Shown: positions 13,850 through 26,445 of the stretch, one piece after another
Layout of the letters: each line of letters begins with the position of its first letter
How positions within the stretch are numbered: the stretch's first letter is position 1
Origin: Ginglymostoma cirratum
Lineage: Eukaryota
Assembly: GCA_024137785.1 (NCBI GenBank)
Contig: JAHRHZ010000066.1
Location: forward strand, 3,758,321 to 3,822,320
Direction of reading: 5' to 3'
Length of the DNA: 64,000 bases
Notes under the pieces: model-generated
Database searches by the model: none
What the model was told of the DNA's origin: nothing
What the model saw: the letters and a program-made list of their open reading frames with translations, nothing else
Program-made: the position numbers and the translations under genes

Positions 13850-14170
13850 GAAAATATTGCAGACACTGGGTGCCTGAAATAAAAACAGAAAATACTAGCA
13901 AATACTCCACTGGACCAGCAGTATCCGTGGAACTTTGCACCATTCACACCCATTGTCATTTAATATCTCCTCCCCCTCGACTTTATCACAGTCATTTCCT
14001 TTGTTCTAAATTCTACCTGTCTTCCCTTTTGTTTTGAAACCCTCGTTTAAAAAACTACTGAAAAGCTGTTACAGTACATTTTCCAGTTCTGCCAAAAGGT
14101 TACAGTCTTGAAATATTAACCCCGACTTCCCCTTTACACAGAGCTGCTGAGTATTTCCAGCATTTCTTGA
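13850..14170. mobile_element. Old Penelope-derived element (family B) with inverted ends
   Basis: ctgaaataaaaacagaaaatactagcaaatactc at the left; cagttctgccaaaaggttacagtcttgaaatattaac...ctgctgagtatttccagcattt at the right. Confidence 0.5.
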
Positions 14171-15990
14171 ACAACCACAGCTGTTACAGCAGGACATGAA
14201 ATATATCCCAACGGGAAATGCGAGATGAACATAGGATAGGACGTAAAACAAGATTTGGTGACTGATGAAAAAACATAAGCAATGCAACACAGGAAAATCA
14301 ATGATGCCATCAATAATCTGCTGGTGGCTCGTGTCTTCTGGAAGCCACTGTGGAATGGGCATGGATTTGCACATCCTGAGGTGTGAGTACAGGTTTTCTC
14401 AATGTGCCTTTCCAAAACCCCATTAAAAACGGGCACAATAATTGTGTGAATTTCAAAACTGATTCCACTCAAGAACAAGGCAAATAATTTTCAAATTGTC
14501 ATGTCAGTCTAAATAAATATTGCTTCAACAATATTTATAATGATAGCTTTTTAAAATAAAACTGCAGCCTTGGTGGGAAAATAAAAGGAGGTGAGATAAG
14601 AGACTGAACTGTCGATCCCAATCATATATCCCTTTTCCGTTACAGCTAATCCTGGGAGAACTGATTTCCCAGAAATTCCTGCTGACAAGTATAATTATAC
14701 GAGCAAAGGCACTCCAGGCCAGTTCTTATCAAAAACAAAATACACAGGGGGTTACAGAATTTATCTGTGATAAATTTTTAGTGATGACATAATTATTAGT
14801 CTTGTCAACACCACTCGCATCAATACCGATTCACAGCTTTCACTTCTGTGTAAGACTGTTCAAAAATAGATAACATCCGGCTGAATCAGTGACCATCAAA
14901 CTCACAAGCACTCAGGAAAGATTCTTCAGGGCCACAGCTCAAACCCTTGGCTGAGATCAAGAGTCCTTTAGTGTCGGCGTGAATACCAGGCTTCAGATAG
15001 CCCTGAGATCATGGGGTGAGCTTCAAGACCACCACCACAACCTAATCACTGCTCCCTGCAGAAATCAGGGAGGGAAGGTCATTAAAATGGTGCAATCAGC
15101 TTAGCTCCTTTTCTGTGTCCTGTCCCAATCTGGCATAGCCGGAGGTATCACTGGGACCTGCCTTACCATTTTAACATGAGGTCTGCGCAGGTGAACATGA
15201 CAAAACTTGGGGTGAACAATAACCAGAAAGGGCTCTGTAAGGCGAGTTTGTTTTAAAGGGTCTCTCGAGCACACCTTCCATGCCTGTAGGAGGAGCAATG
15301 TTCCTCCAGGTCCCACAAGATCCGTTGGGACTCTTGTTCCCTGCCAGGGAAATCCACTCCCTGAGCACTTATGTGGCTCCCTCGAGTGTTTCCCACAGCT
15401 GTCTGAACTGTTGTCTACGAACACAATTTACTTTTTGCCAAAACAGTTGTACATTTACAAGATCCCATCTACTGACCATGAGCAAGTACATACGCCAAGT
15501 TGCTCCTTTGTCGATGACTGAGCTCATTAATTGTCTCCTGGACATGCTGATGCTCAGGCTTTTTTTTAAAATCAATAGGATGCATTTTAATTAGCCACCC
15601 AGTCTTCTGTACATGTGATCAAACAAGGATTATCAATTTGTCCTTTCTAAAGGACAGCTAGCTCAGAACACACCACAAAGCTTCACAGCCAATCACTTGT
15701 TTTTGAAGTGTAGTTGGAACATAAGGAAACATGACAGCCAGTTTTGGACACAACAAAGTTGTGCAAACAGTACTGAGATAAATAACCAATTGTACAGATT
15801 TAATGGAAAGTTGGGGAATGCTAGTAATACTCAGCAGGTCAGGCAGCATCCACGAAAGATCAGCCTGAAAGATTAACTCTGTTTCCTCTCCATATTTACT
15901 GAATTGTGCAGACCATAATCACGGACTTCAAGGACGTCTGTTGGAACATGGATATTGACCAGGAAACCTCAGACGGCATTAGAAAAGGAT

Positions 15991-16224
15991 ATACCTAGGT
16001 GTCAAGCATGGGGCTGGATGAACACAGCAGGTCAAGCAGCATCATAGGACCAGGAAAACTTGACATTTCGGGCCTAGATTTCTGATGAAGGGTCTCTGCC
16101 CGAAACGTCAAGTTTTCCTGCTCCTATGATGCTGCTTGACCTGCTGTGTTCATCCAGCCCCATGCTTGTTATCTCGGATTCTCCAGCATCTGCAGTACCT
16201 TTTATCTCTGATACCTAGGTGTCA
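15991..16224 (+). mobile_element. Young Penelope-derived palindromic element with intact minimal hammerhead core (family A) and 14-bp TSD
   Basis: TSD atacctaggtgtca at 15991-16004 and 16211-16224. 76-bp inverted arms at 16003-16078 and 16093-16168 with 4 mismatches. Core CTGATGA-a-GGG..CCC-GAAACGTC at 16082-16109. Confidence 0.9.
16077..16114 (+). ncRNA. Minimal type I hammerhead ribozyme motif (predicted cleavage after C16109)
   Basis: gauuu CUGAUGA a ggg-ucucug-ccc GAAA CG UC^ aaguu. Stem I is gauuu/aaguu, stem II is ggg/ccc, and helix III is reduced to the palindrome ACGU, as in PLE-associated dimeric hammerheads. Confidence 0.75.
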
Positions 16225-17559
16225 TATGGGCAGAAATTGTCAGCTGAGGCAATACTAAAGGCTCTAGGCTGTTGGGAGTGCCACCTTTCAAGTAAGTTAT
16301 TAAACTGAAACCCTATCTATTCCGTCAAAGATCCCATGGACAAGTTTCAAAGGATTACCCCAGTGTCCTGGTCAAAATGAATCCCTCAAAGGATATGATA
16401 ATAATCACTGTTGTTTGTTCACACTTGCTACTGCATTGGCAGCTGCATTCCCTACATTACAATAGCAAGTGACTATGTTTGTAAGATACTTCATTAGCTG
16501 TAAAGTGCTTTGGAGATCCAGTGAATGTGAAAACTGCTGTATAAAGAAGGCACTGTTGACTGTTTTCTGGGAGCAACACACGACATACTTTTGGCAAAGA
16601 AACTTCAATTCAAGATGCCCAAATCTGATCCAAGTGAAACTCGAGTGCAAAATGTGAACCAGTAGCTCAAGACCGATGTCAAGGAAAATGCTGAATACAG
16701 TATATTTTCCTTACCTGAGTACAAAAAATTAAATGCAATGAATCGTCATTCATGCGTATCAGACACATTTGTTTAAGAACCTGCAATTGGCAAAGCCTAA
16801 TGTAACTTAAACTAATGACAAAAACGCATTAAAATGAAACAGAAAGCAATGGTGCTAGTCACAATGAGAGCTAAAACATCAGGAAAATTAATGTTTCCTG
16901 CTCCACCTGAATCGGAATCTAATTTGAAGGGTGCCTCAGAACAAATACAATTGCAGGAAAGCCATCTATCAGTCTTTCTGACTTGAGATCAGGGTGCAGG
17001 AGCAGTTTATGTGCAAGGGGGAGTTTGATCTTTATTTTTTAAAATCAATCCCTCTTCCCAAAGTGGTTTAGGTGCTTCGTAGCTACATAATTCCTGGATT
17101 ATGCATCTCTATGTGAAAATGTACGCAAAATTCAAGGGCCATGGTTGTGAAGACATATTGCACTTGGATTTCTAGGTCAGGGATTTGGACCCTTGTTTTG
17201 CATAGGGCTGGGGTTGCCAGGGATACAAATGTCCCTAAGCTAAAAAGAACGTATTTATCAGATGATCACCTGACACAGGCTGACAACCACTTTGCCTGCA
17301 GGTATTATTCCTCCTTTCATGACTTGAAGGCACTGTCACATGTTGTAGCATGGATAGTTGCACACCTCATTTAAATGCCCAGGCTTCACACATTAATTTT
17401 TGATGTCAAACAATGAGCACACTATTTAACCAGGGAAGCTTCACAAATAATTAGCAAAAACAGTTAAACACAGCTAAATAGGAGGTAGTATGTTTTGGTA
17501 GAAAGAGTAGGCAGATCACTCGCCACTCAGAAAAGATTCATGTCTAGTTGCTGGGGTAG

Positions 17560-18230
17560 TTAAACACAGGGTACTTTTACAATCGTCTCTAAAAGTCATG
17601 CTAAATGTCAGCAAGGTTTACCCAGCTTTATTTCTAGAGAGGTTGAATTGAAAAGTATGGAAGTTATGTTAGACCTATGTCAAAGCTTGATTAGATCTGG
17701 TCACAATATTAGATATAAAAAAAAATTGAAGAGCATGTTATAAGAAATACGAAGATGTTAATCAGACATGCACACGTATCCATATCAGGAAAGCACGGAC
17801 AGGATGCGGCCTTTTTTATCTCAAAAGACAAAAAAAAATTAAGAGGTAACCTAATATAGGTATGTAAAATCACGAAAAAGATTTGACAAAAGTTGATGCA
17901 AAGACAATGTTTCCTCTTGTTGGTAACAGCCAAACTAGTGACCATTAAGATAATACAATCACCAAGAAATCTAGCTGATAATTCAGAACAATTTTTTTTT
18001 ATTCAACGAGTGTTGACAAGGCAGAATCCGTTACCACAGGGAATGGTTGAAGAGAATAGGATGGATGCAGTGAGAAGGGAGGTAGACAAGCATTTGAGGA
18101 AGAAAGGAAACCAAGGATTGCAATGTTAGATTTAGGTGAGGAATCATGCAAGGATGCTCACATGGAGCATAAATACTGGTTGGGCCAAATGCTCTGGTCC
18201 TGCAGTGTATGTGCTGTGTAATTCTATGCA
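17560..18230 (+). mobile_element. Old CR1 LINE 3' fragment
   Basis: gaggtaacctaatataggtatgtaaaat, FFIQRVL..NPLPQGMVE and a CR1-like tail gggccaaatg...ctatg. Confidence 0.75.
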
Positions 18231-19235
18231 ACCAAATCGGAGCCTGTTCCCACATGACCACATCCATCCCAACACATCATAGTCAGTTGCAGGAAATCGA
18301 TTTTGTTGTTTTTTTCCATACGTTAATGGAAAGTTTGCACCACACCAATACTCCCAGAGTAGTGAGCTCATGAGCTAGTAAAACCTGAAATTGGAGCTGG
18401 TCTTTATGAGACATCTGGAATGTATGTAGCCATTAAGCCATTGGAATGTATGTGCTTTTGATGTGGAAAGACATTCTCTCCCCAAAACCACGCTACTGGT
18501 ATAGCAGAGAGGCACAAAGCAGCGAGTAAGAAGAAGGAATTTCAGCCATTTGTCCTAGGCTCTTATCAGTCCTTAGTCTTAAATATATTTTGTTAATTCC
18601 TGGGACCAAAATACATGGCTTGAAATTACTTCATTTGTTGTTCTTTGGCATCTACATAGACAACCCAAGCCTATGATTTGGCCTTGACACCGAGATAATG
18701 TTGATTGTCACAAGCACAATCAAATAAAACACTGACAGAAAATGAAATAGCTAACTCCAGCTGGCCAGCAATGAGAAGAATACAGTCCCACACAAATGTT
18801 GGATTCAGTCCTTGAAGAAACTACCATCTTGAAAGAAAATTAATGCAGAATATACAGTTTTCATATTTCAACATTGCAGCTACAACTAACATTGCAACTA
18901 CAATTAACATTGCTTGAAATGGTCAATCAGAATAAACTGGTGCAAGGGACTTGGACCATTTTAAACTTGCCATGAGGCACAAAAGTGAATAGTTTAATAA
19001 TGATGGATAGTTTCTAAAATCAGCAGTTATTTTTGACGTTGGCAGTCACACAACGCATCGTATGCATATTCAATGCTGCCAATCTTCTAAAGTGTCTTCC
19101 CTCATATCACTTCCCATTATTTCCAATTACTTAATCTTTGCTATACATTGCTAGACTGCACATTCCATTTCAAGAGTGCTATTCTAACTAAAAATGCAAT
19201 TTTTTTTCCCCAACATTTTCTGCGTCATTTATTTA

Positions 19236-19531
19236 GGGCGTCACGGTGACGCTGTGGTTAGCACTGCTGCCTTACAGTGTCAGGGACCCAGGTTCGATTC
19301 CCATGGGAGACTGTGGTATTTGTACATTCTCTACATGTCTGCACGGATTTCTTCCAGGCACTCCGGTTTCCTCCCGCAGTCCAAAGATGTGCAGTTCAGG
19401 TGGATTGGCCATGGGAATTGCAGGGTTACAGATACAGGGTAGGGGGAGTGGATCTGGGTGGGATGTTCTTCAGAGGGTTTGTGTGGACTTGATGGGCTGA
19501 ATGGCCTGCTTCCACATTGTAGGAATTCTAT
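19236..19531 (+). mobile_element. tRNA-derived SINE (HE1-like)
   Basis: tRNA-like head with gtggttagcactg and B box ggttcgattcc; body ctccggtttcctcccgcagtccaaagatgtgc; CR1-like tail gggctgaatggcctgcttccacattgtaggaattctat. Confidence 0.9.
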
Positions 19532-20849
19532 CAAGACGACGCAGCCATTGATGCAAAATGGAAACAAAGGCAACCCATCACAGCAGATTTCATAATCATG
19601 ATCGAAGCTATCTGGCTTTGCTTTATTTGAAGGCAGTGCTATTGAAAAAATAGCTCACTAAACAGGATTTGGCCCTGTTCTTTGGGATTCTTCTCCACTC
19701 ATCCCCAGATAACCTTAAATATTAATTTCCTAATGGGTAACAAGAAGTGTACCAAGGCTCAGTGATGGTAGGTTGCAGAGCACTGGCCAGCTACATATCG
19801 AGGGGTTCCTCAGCCATGACTTTTCCATACAGTGCCTCTAGCTCTCTAAATCTGGGGAGGGGAAGAACTCTGGGAGGAAAGTGTCCATTCTTATTTGGGA
19901 AACAAAAAGGGTCAATTGGTATATTGTCAACATCAATGTGTTTGGGACTATGCACCACTCCCACTTTCTTTCTTTTGCAACTGCCCATGCAACTACACTT
20001 TTAAAAATGCTAAGAGATGGCAGTGTGCGTACGAAACACTTTCAATCAAGTGGCAGATGAAACTTTCAGTTGGTGGAACATGGAGGGTCTATATCATGGC
20101 TGCAAGTATTCTGCCCAACTATGTTGCCATTAGCATAACACTTCAGAGCAGAGAGGTGGCATAGGCCTTTCTCAAAACTAAATTACATTTGTAATTATTG
20201 TACTTCACATTGGTCTCCCTTTATTCACATATCCATTATTTACTGAATCTAGCTTCACCAGAAAGCTAAAATAAGCTGGCACACCACATGATTAGCACAC
20301 TTTGATGGGTTAGGGACACTGTGAGGGAAACAATAACGGGTGCTTTTGTATTCACTGTTCATTGAATACCAAACCAGCACACTGGGTCCTTCCCACTTCA
20401 TCCTCCACGCCTTTGCCCGCCCAATCTAAAATTCCTTCCATACTGACTCAGTCTTACCACTTTAGAGACTCCATGCAAGAATCCATTCTCAGACATGCAA
20501 TGGCACAGATCCAAAAGGTGCAGAACATCTTTAAATGATCTGAAGCAAGTGGCATGAGGACCCCAAGTGCCTAGTTCACTACCTCGAAGGCAGGATACAA
20601 TTTTAAAAAGTTTTACGTCAGTAAATATTCATGGCATTCAAATACATTTCAAGTAAAAACCCATCCCAGCCTGCTATAATACTTGATGTTCCACTAGCAC
20701 ACAACTGAATTTATCTTTCTCAATCCTTTGAGAATTGGAAATTACTAATTACCCCTCAATCAAGTCTCCCCATTCATAAGGTTTCCTGTTCAAGAGTTCC
20801 ATAAAATCCCATGCCATAATTATGTTGAATTCTTATTGGTGAAGTTCTT

Positions 20850-21397
20850 TAAGTACATTGGTTAGGCCACTTTTGGAATACTGCATTCAATTCCAGTCTC
20901 CCTGCTTTAGGAAAAATGTTGTTAAACTTGAAAAGGGTGCAGAAAAGATTCACAAGGGTGTTGTCGGGCTGGAAGGTTTGAGCTATAGGGAGAGGCTGAA
21001 TTGGCTGGGGCTATTCTCCCTGGAGCATTGGAGGCTGAGGGATGACCTTAAACACATTTATAAAATCAAGAGGGGCATGGATAGGGCGAATAGCCAAGGT
21101 CTTTTCCCCAGAGGAGGGGAGTCCAAAATTAAAGGGCATAGGTTGAAAGTGAGGGGGGTAAGATTTAAAAGGGACCTGAGGTGCAGTTTTTTAATGCTAC
21201 AGGTATGGAATGAGCTGCCAGAGGAAGTGGTGAAGGTCGGTACAATTACAAGATTTAAGAGGCATCTGGATGGCTACATGAATAGGAAGGGTTTAGAGGG
21301 ACATGGGCCAAATGCTGGGAAGTGAGACTAGATTAGTTTAGGATATCTGGTCAGCATGGATGAGTTGGACCGAAGTGTGTGTTTCTGTGCTGTACAA
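20850..21397 (+). mobile_element. CR1/HER1-type LINE 3' portion
   Basis: ORF 20858..21325 contains LVRPLLEYCIQF.SP...LSYRERLNWLGLFSLEHWRLRDDL...VWNELPEEVV. Confidence 0.92.
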
Positions 21398-21510
21398 ATA
21401 GAATCACAGAATCATAGAATCCCTACAGTGTGGAAACAAGCCCACACTGAACCGTCCACCTAAAACCCACCTAATCTACACATCCCTGAACACTATGGGC
21501 CATTTAGCAT
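21398..21510 (-). mobile_element. Truncated HE1-like SINE inserted into the CR1 tail
   Basis: atagaatccctacagtgtggaaac and catccctgaacactatgggc are the reverse complement of SINE 44812-45110. The CR1 terminal repeat (actctacgac) resumes after it. Confidence 0.75.
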
Positions 21511-23374
21511 ACTCTACGACAGCAACAGGTTTCTATATGCACCACACATACAGTTGACCAAAATGCGAGCCCACTATGACCCGTGCATTACGAATCACCC
21601 ACTACAATCTACACCCCACATTGCAAATCCCCAGCATGAACTCACCAATACGTCATCACCACCTTGATAGCAAACACCAGAGTACACAGAACACAAATAA
21701 ACATTTCTCTGCCAAGGCAATCCCACACAGATTAAAGCAATGATGTCACCTCAGTTTCTAAGTCAAAACATAAGCCTATAAAATCAATGTGTGGCATAAA
21801 CAAAAACACAACAGCAGCCTTTGATGGCTTCTGATAAAAGAGTAAACCAGCAATCAGACAGTCCCACATAACTCATTTACCATTCCGATTTGTGTCCAGC
21901 AACTGCCACGACTTGGCAGCTCGCTTCTCACTAAATCACTGGTTCCAGACACATATCCATCATATAATGCGTGTTTGGTCTGTTCAATCCATCATTTGAA
22001 CTGATAGGTTGTCCAATTCCAGAAAAAAAAAATCTGTTCACCCACTTTCTTATAAATATTGAATCCCCATTTCTTTAATTCGCCGAAGATGAGATTTTTC
22101 CATTGAAATGGGTCATGTGTGTCCCACCTCATTCACTAGTGAATATTCATCCTGCCCAACCACACTGATACAGCTAGCAGCTTACTTCACATCAGCCTTC
22201 AACAGTCATTTCTGAAGGGGGAAAAGGAAATATTTCACGATCACTGAGCTGAATTCACTAGACATTCCAGCTCCTTTATTTGAGCTGCACTGCCTACACC
22301 TTTCTTGAACGAATGGTCATAAATTATTCCAAAGCGTTGCAATACCTGGAGAGAGTAAGGGGATAAAGATATGTATTAGGAAAAGTAATCTTTTAGAAAG
22401 CAACACAATTGCATCAGGTTGTTCTTTCTAATCACAATTGAACAAGTTTTTGTTTTAAACTGGCCAGTTATTTCCAGAATTTATTTCTATTTGACTTGAG
22501 CAGGATGTATATCCGGGTTGAAGAACTGCTTGCTAACTTAGCTAGAGTCACTGGAAGTAAACGAGTACAGGCCAGTGGGACATGATGCGTGACCAAATCC
22601 AATCTTTGCTGGCCATCACTTCAATCTTTTTCAAAATGACGATTCCACATGGTCAAACAGAGGTCAAACCTCTAGCCACTCTTGCCAAGAGAACACCACA
22701 AATTGTTTTTAAACTGCAATCTGTATTTTATGCCATATGGAAAAAAATTGGCTCCTGGCATCAGCTCAATAATAATTTGCAGCAGTATCTTGTAAATGGA
22801 GTTATCATCTGGATTCCACAGAACTTTTTTTTTGCAAAGCCCTCAAGAACTTGAAACACCACAGTAAATGATTTGTAATATTCTAGTGTTTCAAGTCACA
22901 GTTGTGAAATTTACATAGTCCCACTTAATGGAACTTTTCAAATTATGACAAAGTCAACAATACTAGTGAATACAAACAGGAAGATTACACTCTGTTAAAG
23001 CTAGGCATTGCTACACATAAAAGACATGAAGGGTTGCGATCTCAATGAAGCATAAAGAAATATCCCAGATGTCTTTCTCACACCAGTATAAGAAGAATAA
23101 TGGTCAACTGACAGACTTCAGTTTTGACTGTCAGCTGCACGTCAGTGCAGGCCAGATAGGCCCCAGTGTCAGGGAAGCACTTAGCTTGTCAGGTAGGATA
23201 CAGTTACATCAGAGACAGCCACTGCAATGGCTTGCTCTCAGCTAACACTGCAAATCCCAACAATACTAGAAGTTGCTAGGACCCCAGATGCTCCACTGGA
23301 TACTTTGAAAAGATAGATTCACAACGGGCTTAAGTTATTTCGTTTTCTTTTGCGATATTTTATTGTTTATTAAA

Positions 23375-23705
23375 GGGGATGACCGGGAGGTATTGTCACT
23401 GGACTGTTAAACTAGAGACCCAGTGACATTCTGGGGACCTGGGTTCGAATCTCGCCACAGTAGATGTTGGAATTTGAATTCAATAAAATTCTGGAATTAA
23501 GAATCTAATGATGACCGTGAAACCATTGCTGATTATCGGAAAACCCATCAGGGAAAGAAATCCGTCATCCTCACCTGGTCTGGCCTACATGTGACTCTAA
23601 ACCCATAGCAATGTGAATGACTCTTAAATGTCCACTGGACAATGAGGGATGAGCAATAAATGCTGGCCTAGCCAGTGATGCCCTCATCCTATGAATAAAT
23701 TAAAA
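23375..23705 (+). mobile_element. tRNA-derived SINE of a second family
   Basis: B box gggttcgaatc. The 3' tail aataaatgctggcctagccagtgatgccc resembles the LINE tail at 25925-25975. Confidence 0.75.
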
Positions 23706-25804
23706 ATTGTTCTTTATTTCTTCTCTACTGATGATGCTATTTCCTTCACCTACAGGTTTACCAGCAGCAGCCACTCTCCAGTGCTCATAAGTCAAATGTA
23801 AGCCAACAGTGGGAAGAGATCAGAACGAGAAGCAATTCTGTACTCAGTCAGCATTTGTGGTGTGACGTTCCAGTTGGGGTCATTGTGTGCTGTTCAAGAA
23901 TGGGAACCTGGCTCAATTTTACTTTCTCTGGTTCTGGCTCAACTGCTGGACCAAGACCCTCACTCCACCCCCAAACTGCTTCCCTGTGTGAAACCGGCTA
24001 ATTCAAGAAGGGATCAAACCTGGAACTTTGCTGCCTGTTTAACTCCAAAGTGAGCACTTGGAGCTATACTCACACTGCGAAGTCAAGTGATGAGAGACCA
24101 TCGACATAAGACTACCAGCTCAGCAAGTGCTCAGCTCACTGCCTTGGTTGAAAATGAGCGTTTGAATTAAAGTGTCGGTAAGTGGAGTGCAGCACATGCC
24201 AATTAGGTGAGCAGGTGTTATAGTAACCAGCTGGAAACTTCCTTCACTCAGAGACAAGGCTGAGAGAGAAGCAAAACACTGGCAATTTAAAACATGCGGC
24301 TGATTAAAATTAAAATGATGAGCAGATTAATCGTCAGGGAAAGTTGAACAGTACGGTGAAAATTATGGGGTTTCTTATGAGTTGTTGAGTCACAACAAAT
24401 CACTTATCCTATTTATGATACATACATGAGTATTGGACCAGGATAATGCGTAGCATTAAGGTAAATACACACATGCTAACACAGTGTACTGTATATCTAA
24501 AATGTCTGATCCTATCCAGTTAACAATCACATAAATAGATATACATTGTGTTCTTACATATCTACGTCTGTTATACATGATCACAATGTATTAATTATCA
24601 TTACTAAAGAGATTATAGAATCTTGACAATTGTTCTGGCTAGAATTATGTATCGGTATGTGGCAAATGGCTCCTTTTGTTGAACATGTGGGACTGCAGCT
24701 GATTAGCAATAAAATCACTATCCATTCACTAATGGCCTCAATCAATGTTTCAATGTGTGTTATGCTGTACTGGCAAAAAGAGAATCTTGATGATTAAGGT
24801 ACAGGCTACAATCACTCTCCTCCACATCAGAGAGTTCCTTGGAACATTTTTTTTTACAAGTGAACTGAGATTTCTCTTTCTCTCTCCCCATCCTTTCTAT
24901 CTGCTGGAACCACTCCAGCTTTGATATAATGTCACAATCTTGTAAAATGAAATCTCTTTTCTGCTATGTGATGTGAAGCCACATGGAAACACTTGGCAGA
25001 ACATAATGCTGGCAGTCAGCAGAGATAAGATACTGTAAAGAATGCTGGCAGTGAGATATGAAATGCAGGAGTAAAACAAACTGGAAAACTCCAGAGAAAC
25101 AAAGGTGCGACACATTATTTAAAGATACACTTTTTACAAATCACAAAACATCTGGTGAGCACAGAGGCAGTACATGCTGCAATATTAACAAAATAATAAT
25201 ATCAAATGCCACAAATCAGCCAAGGATGACAATCCCTGTAGGTCCCCAATATGAGTCATTTCCAGCAGGAAGACACTGAGTTGAGAATGGGTCTTCCAGA
25301 AATGGGGGTACATGGGTCATGGCGGAAGGGGGAGGTGGTCAGTGGTTTGGGGGGGTGGGGGGGGGGAAGAGAAGTGTGTGTGCAAAGAGAGAGAGAAAGT
25401 CTGTATTAACAGTTCACTTCAGTCATTTCTGGCAGAGTGTTACAAAAGTCAATGTTGATGGGACAGCACATTTTGTATACACTCATCTTGTCTCAAGAAA
25501 TCATAACAGTCAGATGAAAAGCAGAACTTCAACATCACCTAAATAAACTAGATAGGGAAATGTAGAAATTTGAACATCTGATGATTCAAGACTAAACCCA
25601 CTTTTGAATTACAAGAATCCACAGAAACAATGAAACTAGTGTTTGTTTTCCAACACTAATCAGAACTATGATTACATTTCAAACCTGTATTCAGAGTCTA
25701 AATCAGCTGTTGAGTTTGATTTAATATTTAAAATACAAAAACAGGCTAAGCAAATTAGCACAGTGAATCTTTTCAGAAAGAAGAGTATAACCCACAAAGT
25801 GTCC

Positions 25805-25980
25805 ACAGCCTGGTCAAAATCCTAGAACTCCCTACCTAACAGTACCATGGGTGTCATTACACCACAAGAATGCAGAGGTTCAAGAAGACACCTCACTACC
25901 ACCTTCTCAAGTGCAAATCAGGTTGGACAACAAATGCTGGCCTAGTCATCTACGGCCATTGTCCATGACCAATGTTTAAA
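25805..25980 (+). mobile_element. LINE 3' end (same family as 63800-64000)
   Basis: ggtcaaaatcctagaactccctacctaacag...ggttcaagaagacacctcactaccaccttctcaag. Confidence 0.65.
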
Positions 25981-25994
25981 ACAATTACAAAAAG

Positions 25995-26445
25995 TCATAG
26001 TTATAAAGCATGAAAAAGACCCTTCGGTCCAATTCATCTGTACCAACCAGACATCCTAATCCTAACCCAAAACATCAACTTTCCTGCTCTTCTGATGCTG
26101 CCTGGCCTGCTGTGTTCCTCCAGCTCCACACTGTGTTGTCTCTGACTCCGGCATCTGCAGTTCTTGCTATCTCTAAATTGATCTACTCTGATTTATCAGC
26201 TTTTGGCCCATACCTCCCTAATCCCCTTCCTATTCACATACCTATCCAAATGCCTTTTAAATGCTGTCATTGTACCAGCCTCCACCACATCCTCTGGCAG
26301 CTCGTTCCATACATGCAGCACCCTCTGCACGAAGAGGTCGTACCTCATGTCCCTTTTAAATCTTTCCCCTCTCACCTTAAACTTGTGCCTTTTGGATTTC
26401 CCTAAAAGACCTTGGTTATTCACCCCATCCATTCCCTTCATGATT
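25995..26445 (-). mobile_element. CR1 LINE 3' fragment interrupted by a Penelope-derived insertion at about 26060-26175
   Basis: ORF 26196..26441 contains KSKRHKFKVRGERFKRD...QRVLHVWNELPEDVVEAG; the tail resumes at 26055-25995. Confidence 0.88.
26060..26175 (+). mobile_element. 5'-truncated family A Penelope-derived element
   Basis: cccaaaacatcaactttcctgctcttctgatgctgcctggcctgctgtgttcctccagc...gcatctgcagttctt is homologous to 16099-16206. Confidence 0.8.

Noticed and set aside
14880-15600. Possible exon or Harbinger transposase in the GC-richer segment with several ~100-aa ORFs
   Set aside because: No AUTS2 exon-2 similarity and only a vague resemblance to transposase N-termini; cannot be supported.
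15991-16224. MITE/DNA-transposon or pre-miRNA interpretation of the palindromic elements
   Set aside because: The arms are asymmetric and not terminal, TSD length varies from 7 to 15 bp, monomeric copies exist, and a hammerhead core is present. All of this fits Penelope-type retrotransposition better.
18870-18915. 18-bp tandem duplication (acattgcarctacaaytaac), and a 12-bp repeat aatgctggcagt at about 25005/25040
   Set aside because: Ordinary short slippage duplications with no further structure.
19236-19310. tRNA gene (also 44812-44885 and 23400-23460)
   Set aside because: A/B boxes are followed by a SINE body and LINE-like tail, and no intact cloverleaf is evident. These are SINE heads.
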